Origin: Octopus vulgaris
Taxonomy: Eukaryota
Assembly: GCA_951406725.2 (NCBI GenBank)
Contig: OX597828.1
Coordinates: forward strand, 27,032,001 to 27,096,000
Length of the DNA stretch: 64,000 nucleotides
Direction of reading: 5' to 3'
Positions 14,257 through 26,419 of the stretch are shown piece after piece. Numbering within the stretch: position 1 is the stretch's first letter; every line of letters starts with the position of its first letter. The translations under genes were made by a program, and so were the position numbers. The notes below the pieces were generated by a model that saw nothing but the letters and a program-made list of their open reading frames with translations, was not told the DNA's origin and ran no database searches.

Positions 14257-14300
14257 ACACCTGATGAAGGCTAGAGAGTACATCAGCCAAAACATCGTGT
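14257..14300 (+). ncRNA. Minimal type I hammerhead ribozyme motif (degenerate inverted copy)
   Basis: Reads ACAC CTGATGA AGGCTA gagagtacat CAGCC AAAAC ATC GTGT. Two G>A changes at CpG sites separate it from GAAAC GTC. Confidence 0.7.
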
Positions 14301-15314
14301 TAACAACCAACAGAATGAGGAAACATATCTGTCAAATATAAATAATGTACATAATGGTGTTGGTATGTTTACATCCTTGTAACTTAGTAGTTTGGCAAAA
14401 AAAGACAAATAGAATTACTTATGGGCTTCAAAAAGTTAAGTCTTAGTGTTAATTTGTTCATTTAAAAACCCTTCAAGGTGGTGCCCCAACATGGCTACAG
14501 ACAAATAGAAACAAGTAAAAGATATATATATATATATATAAATATATATATATATATTGTTGTATTTAGGAATGGTCATTTTGCCAGTTCAGCCAATAAA
14601 AACACACACACTATATATATATAAAAAATCTTGCACAACAAATATTTAAACGTATATATATATATATATATATATATGGCAGTGTGGTAAGAAGTTTGCT
14701 TCTTAACTACATGGTTCCAGGTTCTGTTCCACTACGTGGCACCGTAAGCAAGCGTCTTCTACTATTGCCTTGGGCTTACCAAAGGTTTGTAAGTCGTTTT
14801 GGTAGATGGAAACTAAAAGAAGCCTGTCATATGTGTGTGTGTGTCTGTGTTTGTGCTCCACCCCCATCACTTGACAACCAGTCTTAGTGTGTTTACTGTG
14901 TTTACCTCCATGTAACTTGATGGTTTACCAGAAGAGACCAATTGATAGGATAAGTACCAGGGTTTCTTTCTTTTTTTTAAAAATTAAATAGGAGCAATGG
15001 GGTCAATCCAGTTACCTAAAATTCTTCAGGGCAGTGCCCCAGCATGGCCAGAGCCTGATGACTGAAACAAGTAAAAGATAAAGAAATATATACCAAAAAA
15101 AAGAAACTGGAAAAATTTGGTGTATTTTTTTGTATATCTTTAATTACAAATTATATGAAACTTTTCCAGTCTTTTGTTTTGATGCGTAATTCCTCTGCAA
15201 ATAGAATTCTGCAGAATTTTCAAATGCTGTGAGTGCTTAATGCAAAATAAATCATCTATAGCATACATTGAATTCATGTGTTCATCAGGACACAGCATGG
15301 ATTATAACTCCTTT

Positions 15315-15344
<30 letters not shown>

Positions 15345-15345
<1 letters not shown>

Positions 15346-15535
15346 ACGGGAAGGTTTACGAAAATAAACAAAAGACGAAGGCAGGTGGAGTACAAACAAA
15401 CAAATGTATTAGTATGGCGCTCAGGAATAGAAATAGAACAAGTCTTTTACGTTTCGAGCCTACGCTCTTCGACAGAAAGATACACAGAAAAGAAACAAGG
15501 AGAGAAAAAAAATGCGTGTAGGAGCTAACGATCTA
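15345..15535 (-). mobile_element. Hammerhead-bearing PLE pLTR-like element adjacent to (TA)n
   Basis: Contains the hammerhead at 15443-15480 and the downstream motif tcctgagcg, which is shared with the elements at 35232-35421 and 37165-37385. Confidence 0.7.
15443..15480 (-). ncRNA. Minimal type I hammerhead ribozyme motif
   Basis: Reads TCTTT CTGTCGA A GAGC gtag GCTC GAAAC GTA AAAGA. It has a perfect 5-bp stem I, a 4-bp stem II and a GUA triplet; the core is CUGUCGA rather than CUGANGA. Confidence 0.8.
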
Positions 15536-15571
15536 TAGCAAATGATGTAGATGGAAAAATGGAATATACAA

Positions 15572-15957
15572 GAAACTGTGTTGTTCACAACAATTGTTTT
15601 GCCCCATCCTGTATCGATCCCTCAAGGGTTGGATACTGTACACCTGGTTGTATTGCATCCCTTGGTGCAGAAGTGTTTCATCAGGTGATTTTTGACAAGG
15701 GGCATTTTGTTAAATAAACCGTTTCGTTCAGTTTTAATACAGCATGTTGTAAGTGACTGGCCTAAGCCTATGGTCACTAACAACAAGCTGTATTAAAATC
15801 GAGCACAACAGGGTTTATTTAATAAGACACCTCTGATAACCTCACCTGATAAGACACTTTGGCACTGAGTGATGCACACAACCAGGTGTACAGTATTCGA
15901 CCCACGAAGGATCAGTGTAGAATGGGGTGAACTGATTATTGTGAGCAATAGTTTCTC
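15572..15957. mobile_element. Diverged foldback (palindromic MITE-like) element with arms of about 185 bp
   Basis: Arm matches include atactgtacacctggttg/caaccaggtgtacagtat, tcaggtga/tcacctga and ttttaatacagc/gctgtattaaaa. The centre is near 15765. Confidence 0.8.
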
Positions 15958-16196
15958 CTTTATTCCATTTTCTCCCTCTATATACACTAAAAAATTTCTG
16001 AGGTAGATCCAGCAACAATTGTGTAAATACTGTGGATTATGTCAGGTAGCCATACACAGTGAATGTGCTTCATCAGCTAACTACCAGGCACATACCCAAT
16101 ACTTAAATTATTACTTATATATATATATATATATATATAAAAAGTAAAAAAGAGTGAAAAACTCCAGAAGGCTTGTGTTATATGGTTATATGGTTA

Positions 16197-16372
16197 AAAT
16201 TGTTTTCTGAAATACCGGATGCAAAAGTAAAAAGATGTGGTAGACCAAACTGCGCAACATGCCAAACCTTCTAGAAGGATCAGAATTCCTCTTCAAAGAG
16301 GGACAAAAATTCAAAATCAAATCTAATTTTACTTGTGCTTCAGAAAACATGATCTATGTCATAAGATGCTTG
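16197..16372 (+). pseudogene. Penelope-like element ORF fragment (Cys-rich linker and start of the GIY-YIG endonuclease)
   Basis: Translates to KLFSEIPDAKVKRCGRPNCATC, then after a 1-nt frameshift PNLLEGSEFLFKEGQKFKIKSNFTCASENMIYVIRC. This fits the CxxxxCxxC...FTCxSxNxIYxIxC pattern of PLE GIY-YIG domains. Confidence 0.85.
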
Positions 16373-16456
16373 GTCTGTAGTTTTTTCACTCTTTTTTTAT
16401 ACATCCAACCACGTGCTTCCACATATCAACTCTCTCACCTATATATATACATACAT

Positions 16457-16687
16457 AGGCGGCGAGCTGGCAGTATCGTTAGCACGCCGGGCGAAATGCG
16501 TAGCCGTATTTCGTCTGTTGTTACGTTCTGAGTTCAAATTCCGCCGAGGTCAACTTTGCCTTTCATCCTTTCAGGGTCGATAAATTAAGTACCGGTTACA
16601 CACTGGGGTCCATGTAATTGACTCAATTCCTTTGTTTGTCCTTGTTTGTCCCCTCTATGTTTAGCCCCTTGTGGGTAGTAAAGAAAT
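16457..16687 (+). mobile_element. tRNA-headed SINE, family B (Nin/Inv-like central domain)
   Basis: Head ggcggcgagctggcag...gagttcaaattcc includes a B box, and the centre reads gcctttcatcctttcagggtcgataaattaagtacc. Relatives lie at 20354-20582(-), 19600-20040(-), 26420-26536, 38770-38890, 48079-48332 and 49871-50085. Confidence 0.85.
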
Positions 16688-17344
16688 ATAATATATACAC
16701 ATACATACATACAGACTTATATATGTGTATGCGTATTTGTCTATGTTTCCACCAGTGCTAGGCATCTGATGGTTGTTTGTTTATATTTTCATAACTTAGC
16801 GATTCATCAAAAGAGACCAGTAGAATAAATACAAACTGAAAAAAAAAAAAAAAGAATGGAAAAGTATTCGGGTTGGTTTGTTTCTGTCCAAATAAGCCCT
16901 TTACATGCCCCAGCATGGCCGCAGTCCAATGTGTGGAACAAATAAAAGCTAAATGTTAAAAACAAAAAAGATAAATATTTCTAAATCAAGCATGAAAAAT
17001 ACAAGTGATTACAAGAATCCTTTGCTAAACTGTATTAATAGAAAATCACAGGAGAAGCTATGCCAAACCATTTTGGAAGAGCGTCGGGGTAGGATCATAG
17101 AATAATATAATTCTCATATGGAAACTATTAACTCAGCTCAAATGACAATGGTGATTAATTTTCCAGATTTTCTAAATCAGTAGAGCTAAATTGAATACAC
17201 TCAGTAAAGAATGATGTCAGGCATTCTGTACCACATTTCAGATGTCTGTGTGTGTATATATTTGTGTGTACATATGTGTGCATATATATATATATATATA
17301 TATGAATATACAAATGCATATATATTATGTATATTATATATATG

Positions 17345-17393
<49 letters not shown>

Positions 17394-18096
17394 GTATGTA
17401 TATACACACACACAGTCACAGAGAGAGAGTAATATATATGTATGAATAAATACATATGTATGCACGTATATGTTGTGTGTGTGTGTGTATATATATATGT
17501 GTGTGTGTGTGTATATATATATATGTGTGTGTGTATGTGTGTATATATATGTCTGTGTGTGTGTATATATGCATATATATATGTGTATATATATATATAT
17601 GTCTGTGTGTGTATATATATTCATATATATATATATATGTATGTATGTATATATATGTGTGTATATATGTCTGTGTGTGTATATATATGTATGTATGTAT
17701 ATATATGTGTGTATATATGTCTGTGTGTGTATATATATGTATGTATGTATATATATGTGTGTATATATGTCTGTGTGTGTATATATATGCATATATATAT
17801 ATATATATGAATTTATGTATATATATATGTGTATATATATGTGTGTATAACATATTGTTTATTGCGCTAGTGTTGAGTGACCATTCAGTTAAAGGAATGA
17901 AACATTATGGACAATATGGCTTCAGGGCACCATTTTTCAAAGCAGTTACATATGGAAATCTGATTAGCAAGAGACACACAGATTGCTGTAGTCGCTCTAT
18001 AAAACTGGTATCATGGTGCGGAACATTTAGCCTGACCAAGCATATTAAACTGCAGTCAAAAATATTTTCATACTTTAAATAAAATATCATCATAAT

Positions 18097-18144
<48 letters not shown>

Positions 18145-18172
18145 CATACATACATACATATATGTATGCATG

Positions 18173-18213
<41 letters not shown>

Positions 18214-18216
18214 ATG

Positions 18217-18247
<31 letters not shown>

Positions 18248-20353
18248 GTGTATGTGTGTGTGTATTCACACACAAACAGAAAAAATGCAAACATATCTAT
18301 GTAGACATACACACATATATATATGTATTTATGCATGTGTATATATATGTGTGTGTGTGGTGGGGTGTATGTATATTCTGATGTATATAGAGGAATCTGT
18401 GTCAGATTACATATGGTTATGAAAATATAATGACTTCATGGAATATGGTGTGTGTGTGTTTGGTTTTGTGAATTCATTATAAATATTGTTGTTATCGGTG
18501 CTGTTTGATTTCCCACTTTTAGTATTTAATAAAACCTTGTTTAGTTAAACTTCATTTATGGAAATACACATATTCAGCGGTAGTTCTTTTTTGTTTTTTT
18601 TTTACACCTCTTTTCATTTGATTTTTACCAGATTTTATAACTTTGAGTCATGCAATTTGGTAAAAAAAAAAATATAATACATACATACATACCTACATAC
18701 CTACATACGTACACAGCATATATCTATATGTATATATACTCACATACATATATATATACACATATGTATATATGTCATTCTCTTTTGCATTAAATAATGT
18801 CAGTTGCCAGACTTTTCATGCTTGTAGGTATTAAACAGCAGGTAAATAGCCCTATTGATTTCAAGAGCTGTTAAATGAATGTTGTGGCATGCATGCCTTT
18901 CCTTAAGTATACTACAGAATAAAAACCACTGAATTGGGACAGTCATGTTTTGATATTTGTTCTGCTTTCCGTAGTTTCCTGTTGATGTATATTTTGGTTT
19001 TCATCCTTCTGAGGTTATTGAAATACCATTTTGTAATAAAATACCATTTTTGCCAGCATATATAAGTCATTGTAGTATAAGCTTGTAGTGTAACCATTCA
19101 AACATCACCATTACCTTTCTTAATCGTGTTGAATTTCACATGGAAATTTTGGTCCTCCAAAGTCATCCTGGTGGATAAATTGGTCTAACTTATTCTGGCT
19201 GTGAATTTTGGCCTGAAAATTCCAATTGAATACCAGAATATTTGATTTATGGAATTATTAGAGCTTTGGACAAAAACACCATGACGTATGTGTTGTTGTA
19301 GTTTATATTTTCAGTTTGCTTGTGATGCAGACAATACCAAACTCCAACAGACATTAGGTTTCTCTTGGATGACATCAACAGCTTAGAGAAGGCAGAAGGG
19401 CTGCATAACTAATAGCTGGTCTTCCAGACCCTTACTCTGGAAAGGAGCTTCCTAGGTGAACATACACAGTCAACTTTGAGCAACAGGGTCCTTGGATTAC
19501 TAAGCTACAGAATCAAATGTCAGTAACCTACTGAGTTCATCAGGAATTAATTGTCCACCTTATTATACTTACATAAAGCCTAAATAATCTAGTTCAGTTT
19601 TATTGATAGAAATATTCTTTCTAATTTTGGTGCATGGCTAGCAAGTGCAAGAGTGAAGAGGTCAATTACATTGACCCCAGCATCTAACTGGTAATTATTT
19701 TTATCAACATCCTAAAAGATGAAAGGCAAAGTTGACTTTGATAGTATTTGAACTCAAAACAAAGAACTGGAAGAGACGCCACTGTGCATTTTGTCTGTAA
19801 CAATTTGGCCTATTTGTTATCTTCTCTCTTTAGTAATATTGGTTCCAATTTTTGGCACAAGGCCAGCAATTTTGGGGGAATGGGTTAAGTCAATTACATT
19901 GACCCCAGTACTTGACTGGAACTCATTTTATCAACCCCAAAAGGATGAAAGGCAAAAATCAACCCCTGCTGAATTTGATGGACAAAACCCTGCTAAGCAT
20001 CTTGCCTGTCAAGCTAACGATTCTACCAGCTTTCTGCCTTACTCTCATTAGTAATATTTCTAGCTAAACATCTACTGAAGATGGAAATTTAAATTTGGGA
20101 TGCCCTTGTGGAATATTGGCAAAGGTTTCTTAGTAGATTTCAGTTTTCTGTTAACCTCATCAGGTGTTCAGTCTCTCCTGTAGGAATAATTAAAATAAGT
20201 CCTCTTTGAAAGGCTTACACGTTATTGCCATCAACCAAATTCTATTCACCAGACATTGGTGAAGCTATCGATATAACTAGATTACTGTAAAGCACTCGTG
20301 TTAAAGCATCAAGAGGAAGATGAAACCATGGTAAGATGTAATAACTCGTAAAT

Positions 20354-20582
20354 ATATTTCTTTACTACCCACGAGGGGCTAAACACGGAGGGGACAAACA
20401 AGGACAAATGGATTAAGTTGATTACATCGACCCCGGTGCATAATTGGTACTTAATTTATCGACCCCGAAAGGATGAAAGGCAAAGTCGACCTCGGTGGAA
20501 TTTGAACTCAGAACGTAACGGCAGACGAAATATGGCTACACATTTCACCCAGCCTATTAACGTTTCTGCCAGCTTGCCACCC
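20354..20582 (-). mobile_element. SINE family B, full length
   Basis: Reverse-complement match to 16457-16687. Confidence 0.85.
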
Positions 20583-21308
20583 TTTATAAGCATCATCATC
20601 ATCATCGTTTAACATCTGTTCTCCATGCTAGCATGGGTTGGACGGTTCGACCGGGGATCTGGGAAGCCAGAAGGCTGCACCAGGCTCCAGTCTTATCTGG
20701 CAATGTTTCTACAGCTGGATGCCCTTCCTAACGCCAACCACTCCGTGAGTGTAGTGGGTGCTTTTTACGTGCCACCTGCACTGGAGCCAGGCGAGGCTGG
20801 CAATGGCCACGGTTAGATTGATGCATTTTACGTGCCACCTGCACGGAAGCCAGTCGAGGCGGCACTGGCTTCGATAATAACTCATAAATCACAAGCTCCA
20901 CAGCTGTGACAGTCATCATCATCATCATTGCCTACTTTCCCATGTTTACATTGGTCAGATGGAATTTGGTGAGGCAGACTATGACCAGATGCTCTTCCTT
21001 TCACAAACCCTCACTTGCTGTTAAGTAAGGTAATGTTTCCCCATGGCACACATGCACACATATCTGTGCATGCATGCGCATACGTGTGTGTGTGTGCCAT
21101 GGGAAATATCACCATCATCATTTAACATCCGTTGTCCATGCTGGCATGGGTTGGACAGTTTGACCAGGGATAGTAAGCTGGAAAGCTGCACTGTCTTGTG
21201 GGAGTAGGTAATTAGAACATAATCCAAGAGACCTCATTGAGCGAATCAGTAGACTGATTCTTCTCAGAATATTGTATATTCTTCATTGAACACTTCTTCT
21301 TTTCTTCG

Positions 21309-21612
21309 AATTCTATATTTCTGAGATATCTCCTGTTTATATTAGTCAGATTGGTGTCTTCATCTTGATTATTGTTTTCAATATATTTCAGCTGTTGTAT
21401 GCTCCAGCCATTCTCAGGTGTCGTCTGTTGAACTCACGCCTAAACCTTTGACACATGGGGTTCCACTGTTCTCATTCCGTTCTCTGCATTTCAAGACATT
21501 TTCTTTCCTTTTTTTTTTTTTTGCTTCAGTTAATTTTTCTGTGAATTGCCTGGGATTGAACTGAAAACCTCAAGGTGACTGCACTACATTAATCTTTGTC
21601 CACTGTGTCTTT
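21309..21612 (-). mobile_element. Older relative of the tRNA-head/hammerhead element
   Basis: The minus strand has a B-box-like agttcaatcccaggc, then acacctgagaatggctggagcatacaacagctgaaa...caagatgaagacaccaatctgac...aaatatagaa. This is colinear with 13903-14222. Confidence 0.6.
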
Positions 21613-22807
21613 ATCTACTATGCTATGCCCATAGTTTTTGTAAGTTAAGATGTGTTGGATGAGACATTTCAGGGAGGATTTAACATCATAACAATACTCC
21701 TCTTGTCAGGTAAGAGTTTGTGACTGGAAGGGCACCCAGCCATAAGGCAGTACACTCTCTCTAACTCTCGTGTATGGAAAAAACAAACATGAAACAAATG
21801 CACAAATCAATCCTGGTTATTAACCTTAATCTTTACACCAAGCAACATTCAAGCAACTCTAAGTATATTTACTTAGCAATTTATAGGTTGTGTCATGTAT
21901 TTTGTTGTGTAATGTCTAATTAGCCACCAATAGATATATCGCACACAAACACAACAAAATAATCATTGCTGTATTGACTTTTAATATTTCTAAAACATAT
22001 TTAATAAAACTTGTTTACACGGAGTTGCTTCATTGAAATACATTTATTCACTTGTGAAGCTGCTTTTCACATTCATTATCTTCATAACAGCTTGTTCAGG
22101 CCTCTATCTTGATGTTCATCTCTTTCTCCTTCCTCTCCCACTCTCTCTCTCTCTCTGTGTTTATATGTCTATCCATCTATCTATGTTTAGATCAACCTGC
22201 CTCAGTATCCTCCTGTCCTATACATGATCGATGTCTCCTTTTTAATAATGCTACTAAATAGGGTCACATTATCTTTTACCATACACATGTTTCAGTCATT
22301 GGACTGCAGCCATGCAGTGGCACTACTTTGAAAGGTCCCAGCATTCACTTTTAAAGCCTGGCTCCAGTTGTCTCTTTTGCTGAACCACTAAGTCATAGGA
22401 ATGTAAACAAACCAACACTGATTGTCAAGCAGTGTGGGGGCGACAAAGACACAAACTCTCTCTCTCTCTCTCACGCACACACACACACACACATGACAAG
22501 CTTCCACACAATTTCCATCAACCAAATTAATTGACAGAAAATTTGTCAGCTTGGGGCTATAACAGAAGACATATGCACAGTGGAACTGAATCCAAGACCA
22601 TGTGGTGGCAAAGCAATTTCTGTAACTACACAGCCATGTCCCCATGGTTGTGGAGTTAAGAGCAGTGAGTTTTTCCTTATAGGTTAAAAGCAGTCTCCAT
22701 GCTCTGCTGCAGGCAGATAGTGTGACATGAACCTGCAGCTGTCGAGTATGATGGTTTGTATTGCCTGATATAATATACAGATATAAAGTAGATTTCAACT
22801 GTAACCT

Positions 22808-23035
22808 TTAACCCTTTAGCATTCAAACCGGCCATATCTGTCCAAAATATTTAACCTGTTTTATATTGAAACTGACCAGATCTTGCCCCTCACCTCAGCC
22901 CTACCATGTCATTCTAAAACTAAAAAATCACATCACTGAAATCTCTAAACTACAAGATAATGCATGATTAATTCAAAACAATATAAATAAACAAACATCA
23001 CATTTGACAGAATAATCTGAACATTAAAGGGTTAA
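22808..23035. mobile_element. TTAA-flanked MITE (piggyBac-type termini)
   Basis: Reads TTAA-ccctttagcattca...tgaacattaaaggg-TTAA. A second copy lies at 39913-40141. Confidence 0.85.
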
Positions 23036-24345
23036 AAATGAATCCTTAAAAAGAAGGCCTTCTTAACACAATTCAGAGGTAGTTTCCTCTTGCCATTGTC
23101 TAGAATTTAATTTCTCATGCAGGAGCAATCAAACCTGGTTCTGTTCAGCAGGTTTCAAAGTCCATTGATACAAGTTTTTTTTTTTAAGCCACTGATTTTA
23201 ATTCTGTCCTCAAGGTATTGAGCAAGCAACCCAGATCAGGCCTGGTATCAGTGTGTGCACCATTGCAGCATGTTGTTACATCCACCATTTGCTCTGGTCA
23301 TCCCGGGCAACCCTCCAAGCAGTGCCTCAGTCCATCCCCATCTCAGAGAGATATTTCCTCACCTGCTGTGATCATGAGGCATGTGGCTGACCATCACAAG
23401 CTATCTGCCATCCCAGCTGGATCCTTAGAAGCAAGGACAAAGTATGCAGCATCCAACATCACCAAACAGTCCAAGCAGACATTTTTGTACCATACAAGGA
23501 ATCGCATACATCCCAGTTTCTGAGATTAGTCATTTGTTTGGATGCAAAATCTGGCCAATGGCAGTGCATGGTCCTTTGAAGCATCCTCATACCAAAGGAG
23601 ATATTACTAAACTGTGCAGGCTTAACACTGTGTGGTTGACTTGGCATAATCCAATAAAAATTATGCTCTTCCATTTTTTGGAAACTAGAAATCAAGAAAT
23701 AAATCTGCTTTTAACATTCCATCAAAATATGTTTTCCTTTTTTTTTTTCTTTCTCTTGTTTTTAGTTTTTGTTAACAACATCTAGACAGGTGCATGGCTG
23801 TGTGGTTAAGAATATCACTTTGCAACCATGTGGTTTCAGGTTCAGTCCTGCTCTGTGGCATTTTGTCTAAATGCCTTCTGCTACAGCCCCTGGGTTGACC
23901 AATACCATGTGAGTTAATCTGGTAGATGAAAATTGTGTGGAAGCTCATGATGTGTGTGTGAGTAAGTGAGAGAAAGAGAGTGAGTGCTTATGTTTTATTT
24001 GCCTCCCCACCCAACTGCTTGACAGCTGGTGTTGGTTTATTTGTGTTTCCATAACTTAGCGATTCAGTAAAAGAGACTTAAAATATTAGGGTTGATATGT
24101 TCAGCTAAAATCCTTCAAAGCGGTGACCCAGCATGGCTGCAGTCCAATGACTGAAACTAGTAAAAGATAAAAAGATATTACCGTTCCCAGAACCAAATTG
24201 TGTGTGTACTCACCTGTGCGTGCGTGCATCTATGTATGGTAGCACATGACCAGGTGATCTAAAGATCATAGTTTCAATTCCTGGACTGGACATCATGTTG
24301 ATCCTTGAATTCAGCTGAAAAGAATGCTCTCTGAGAAATAATGCA

Positions 24346-24415
<70 letters not shown>

Positions 24416-24811
24416 CATTGCATTCAAGATGCTCTGCCAGGTCTAGAAGTGGGAGGTGTGAGAGGGAATGGGGGCCTATGCTCGCAAGTAACTACATGGG
24501 CATGTAAAAAGTTCTTTAAAATGTGGCACCACTTATTGTGTCAATCTCAATTGTGAACAATGGCTAGTGTGTGCGTTTATGTGTGTGTGTGTGTGTGTGT
24601 GTGTGTGATCATTATATCATCATTTTTGCATATACATATATATACGACAGGCTTCTTTCAGTTTCTGTCTACCAAATCCACTCAGAAGGCATTGGTCAGC
24701 CCGAGGCTATAGCAGAAGACACTTGCCCAAGATGCCATGCAATGGGACTGAACCCGGAACCATGTGGTTGGTTAGCAAGCTACTTACCACACAGCCACTC
24801 TTGTGCCTATG

Positions 24812-25100
24812 CAGGGAAATTGTTCAGGACTTGCTGGACTCTGCAAACCACGACCCTATCTTCATGAAGACTATCGTCACTGGTGATGAGATTTGGGTTT
24901 ATGCTCACAGCTCAATGCGTTCGATCATTTTGCATGGAAACAAATATCTGATGAGCATGCACTACACATTTGTCCTCTAGGCATAACAGCCTGCAACTGA
25001 CATGTATGTGCAGGGTGGCATCACCTCCCACCCAAGCGATTTTTTCCCATGCAGCATTCGTTGTGCCTGGAAAAAATAATGTTGGATGGTTTTTGAAAGT
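24812..25100 (+). mobile_element. Internally deleted mariner remnant
   Basis: Translates to REIVQDLLDSANHDPIFMKTIVTGDEIWVYA, the mariner IVTGDE(T/K)W first catalytic Asp motif. Confidence 0.8.
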
Positions 25101-25412
25101 AGTTAGTTAGTTAATTTTTTGGCTCAAACAGCAAAAAGCAAGGCCATGTAGGGGGACATGGGGTTATGTACAGGGTGGTGTTCACGTAAAGAGTTCAGGC
25201 CACTTGTGGTTAAGGGAGACTTTGAACCGAGTGGTCGTCGGCATCTTCACTATCTCGTCCAGCAGCTTATTCCACGGATCCGCAACCCGGACGGAGAAAG
25301 CCCCTCTCCTTCGATTGAGATGAAATCGTCGCAGATAGAGCTTTTCGGAATGACCCCGCAGCCGACGCTCTGGAGCAGAAGTGAAAGAACAGCTCTTTCG
25401 AGAGGTTACACT
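25100..25412 (-). mobile_element. CR1-clade LINE, 5'-truncated 3' end with (TAAC)n tail
   Basis: The minus strand encodes TSAPERRLRGHSEKLYLRRFHLNRRRGAFSVRVADPWNKLLDEIVKMPTTTRFKVSLNHKWPELFT*, matching the RGH..KL / FSxRV..WN.L / FK pattern. It ends in taactaactaac. Confidence 0.9.
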
Positions 25413-26014
25413 TTCCGCTTACTTCATATATAACAGGTGTCTCTCTCTGTTTCCATCTCCAGAATCCTTTTGCAGGCCTTTAGTCAGCCCAGGGCTACAG
25501 TTGAAGAAGCTTGAGGTGTTGCACAGTGGGACTGACCTAAAACCACAAGTTTGGGAAGCGAGGTTATCACTTAGACAACCACACCTTAGCTTGACCCTTG
25601 TCCAGTTTTGTGAGGGCACACAGTAGGTGTTGCATTCACATTGCCCCACACTAGCTTCTGTCGCTGGCAGCATCGTGCATGGTCCACTCTTAGTTTGTAC
25701 CAGTGTTTGGTGTTGGTGTGTCATGTGTGTTTGTGACAATGAAAATCCACCACTTCACTTGATGGAGATAGGGTTGGCATGTTGCTGAGCAGTGGGTCAT
25801 TTGGTGCGCGTCTGTTTTGTTTGTTTGTTTGTGTGTGTATCATGTTTGTAGCGTGTTACATTTAATTCTACATGGTGTCATTGTCTTTGAGATATTCTTG
25901 GGGTTCATTGGTGATGAGGTTTCTCGTGTTGTTGGCACTACCATTAGAATCGGTTGGTTTTTGGTTTGGTAATAATACTGATGCAAAAGTTGATCTTGTT
26001 GAACGTTCTGTTAC

Positions 26015-26045
<31 letters not shown>

Positions 26046-26046
<1 letters not shown>

Positions 26047-26419
26047 CATCATCATTCAGTAGTCTTATTTTTATCACATGTTTTCACCGCACTACCGAGC
26101 TCAGCTCTGTGTGCCTTGGGTATGTGCTGTGGTTTGCTGTGATGCTCTTATGGTTACTGTATTGAAAGTGTTTTACGTAGGATGTGTGCAATGCCTAATA
26201 GTGCAATTTTCAGTATGTCATATATGTTTGTAAGTCCTGGCTTTTTTTTTATTATGTATTTGTCTTAATATTTTTTAATCATATCTAATGCGCCTATTAT
26301 GATAGGAATTGTTTCTGTTTTTAGATTCCACATTCGAGTTCCTCTATTTCCAGGTCTTTGTATTCTTTTAGAGAAACGTTCTCATCTGCTAGTATTGATA
26401 CATCAATTAGAAAGCATTT
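26046..26419 (-). mobile_element. R4/Dong-clade LINE 3' end inserted at a (TAA)n tract
   Basis: The minus strand encodes KCFLIDVSILADENVSLKE/YKDLEIE/TRMWNLKTETIPIIIGALDMIKK...ILKIALLGIAHILRKTLSIQ* (restriction-like endonuclease C-terminus). The 3' UTR and (TAA)n follow. Confidence 0.9.

Larger units (their letters stand above)
13903..14354 (-). mobile_element. tRNA-headed non-autonomous element with a Penelope-type hammerhead and an inverted partial copy; 12-bp TSD
   Basis: TSD is tggtgttggtat. The tRNA-like head is at 14151-14222(-), followed by an (AAT)n linker and a hammerhead at 13986-14029(-). An inverted duplicate of the 3' part lies at 14252-14354(+). Confidence 0.85.
13668..14522 (+). 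mobile_element. Diverged family A SINE split by the insertion at 13903-14354
   Basis: The 5' half ends at tggtgttggtat (13891-13902). The same 12-mer recurs at 14355-14366, after which the SINE body and tail continue. Confidence 0.8.

Noticed and set aside
17955-18032. Possible long-stem hammerhead remnant (CTGATTAGCA...TGCGGAAC); similar weak hits near 20130-20168 and 63405-63430
   Set aside because: The cores are too degenerate or incomplete to support by eye.
17334-18336. Long ORFs rich in Y/I/H/T/C/V (also near 2 kb, 7 kb, 28-30 kb, 44 kb and 58 kb)
   Set aside because: These are translations of (TA)n/(CA)n microsatellites.
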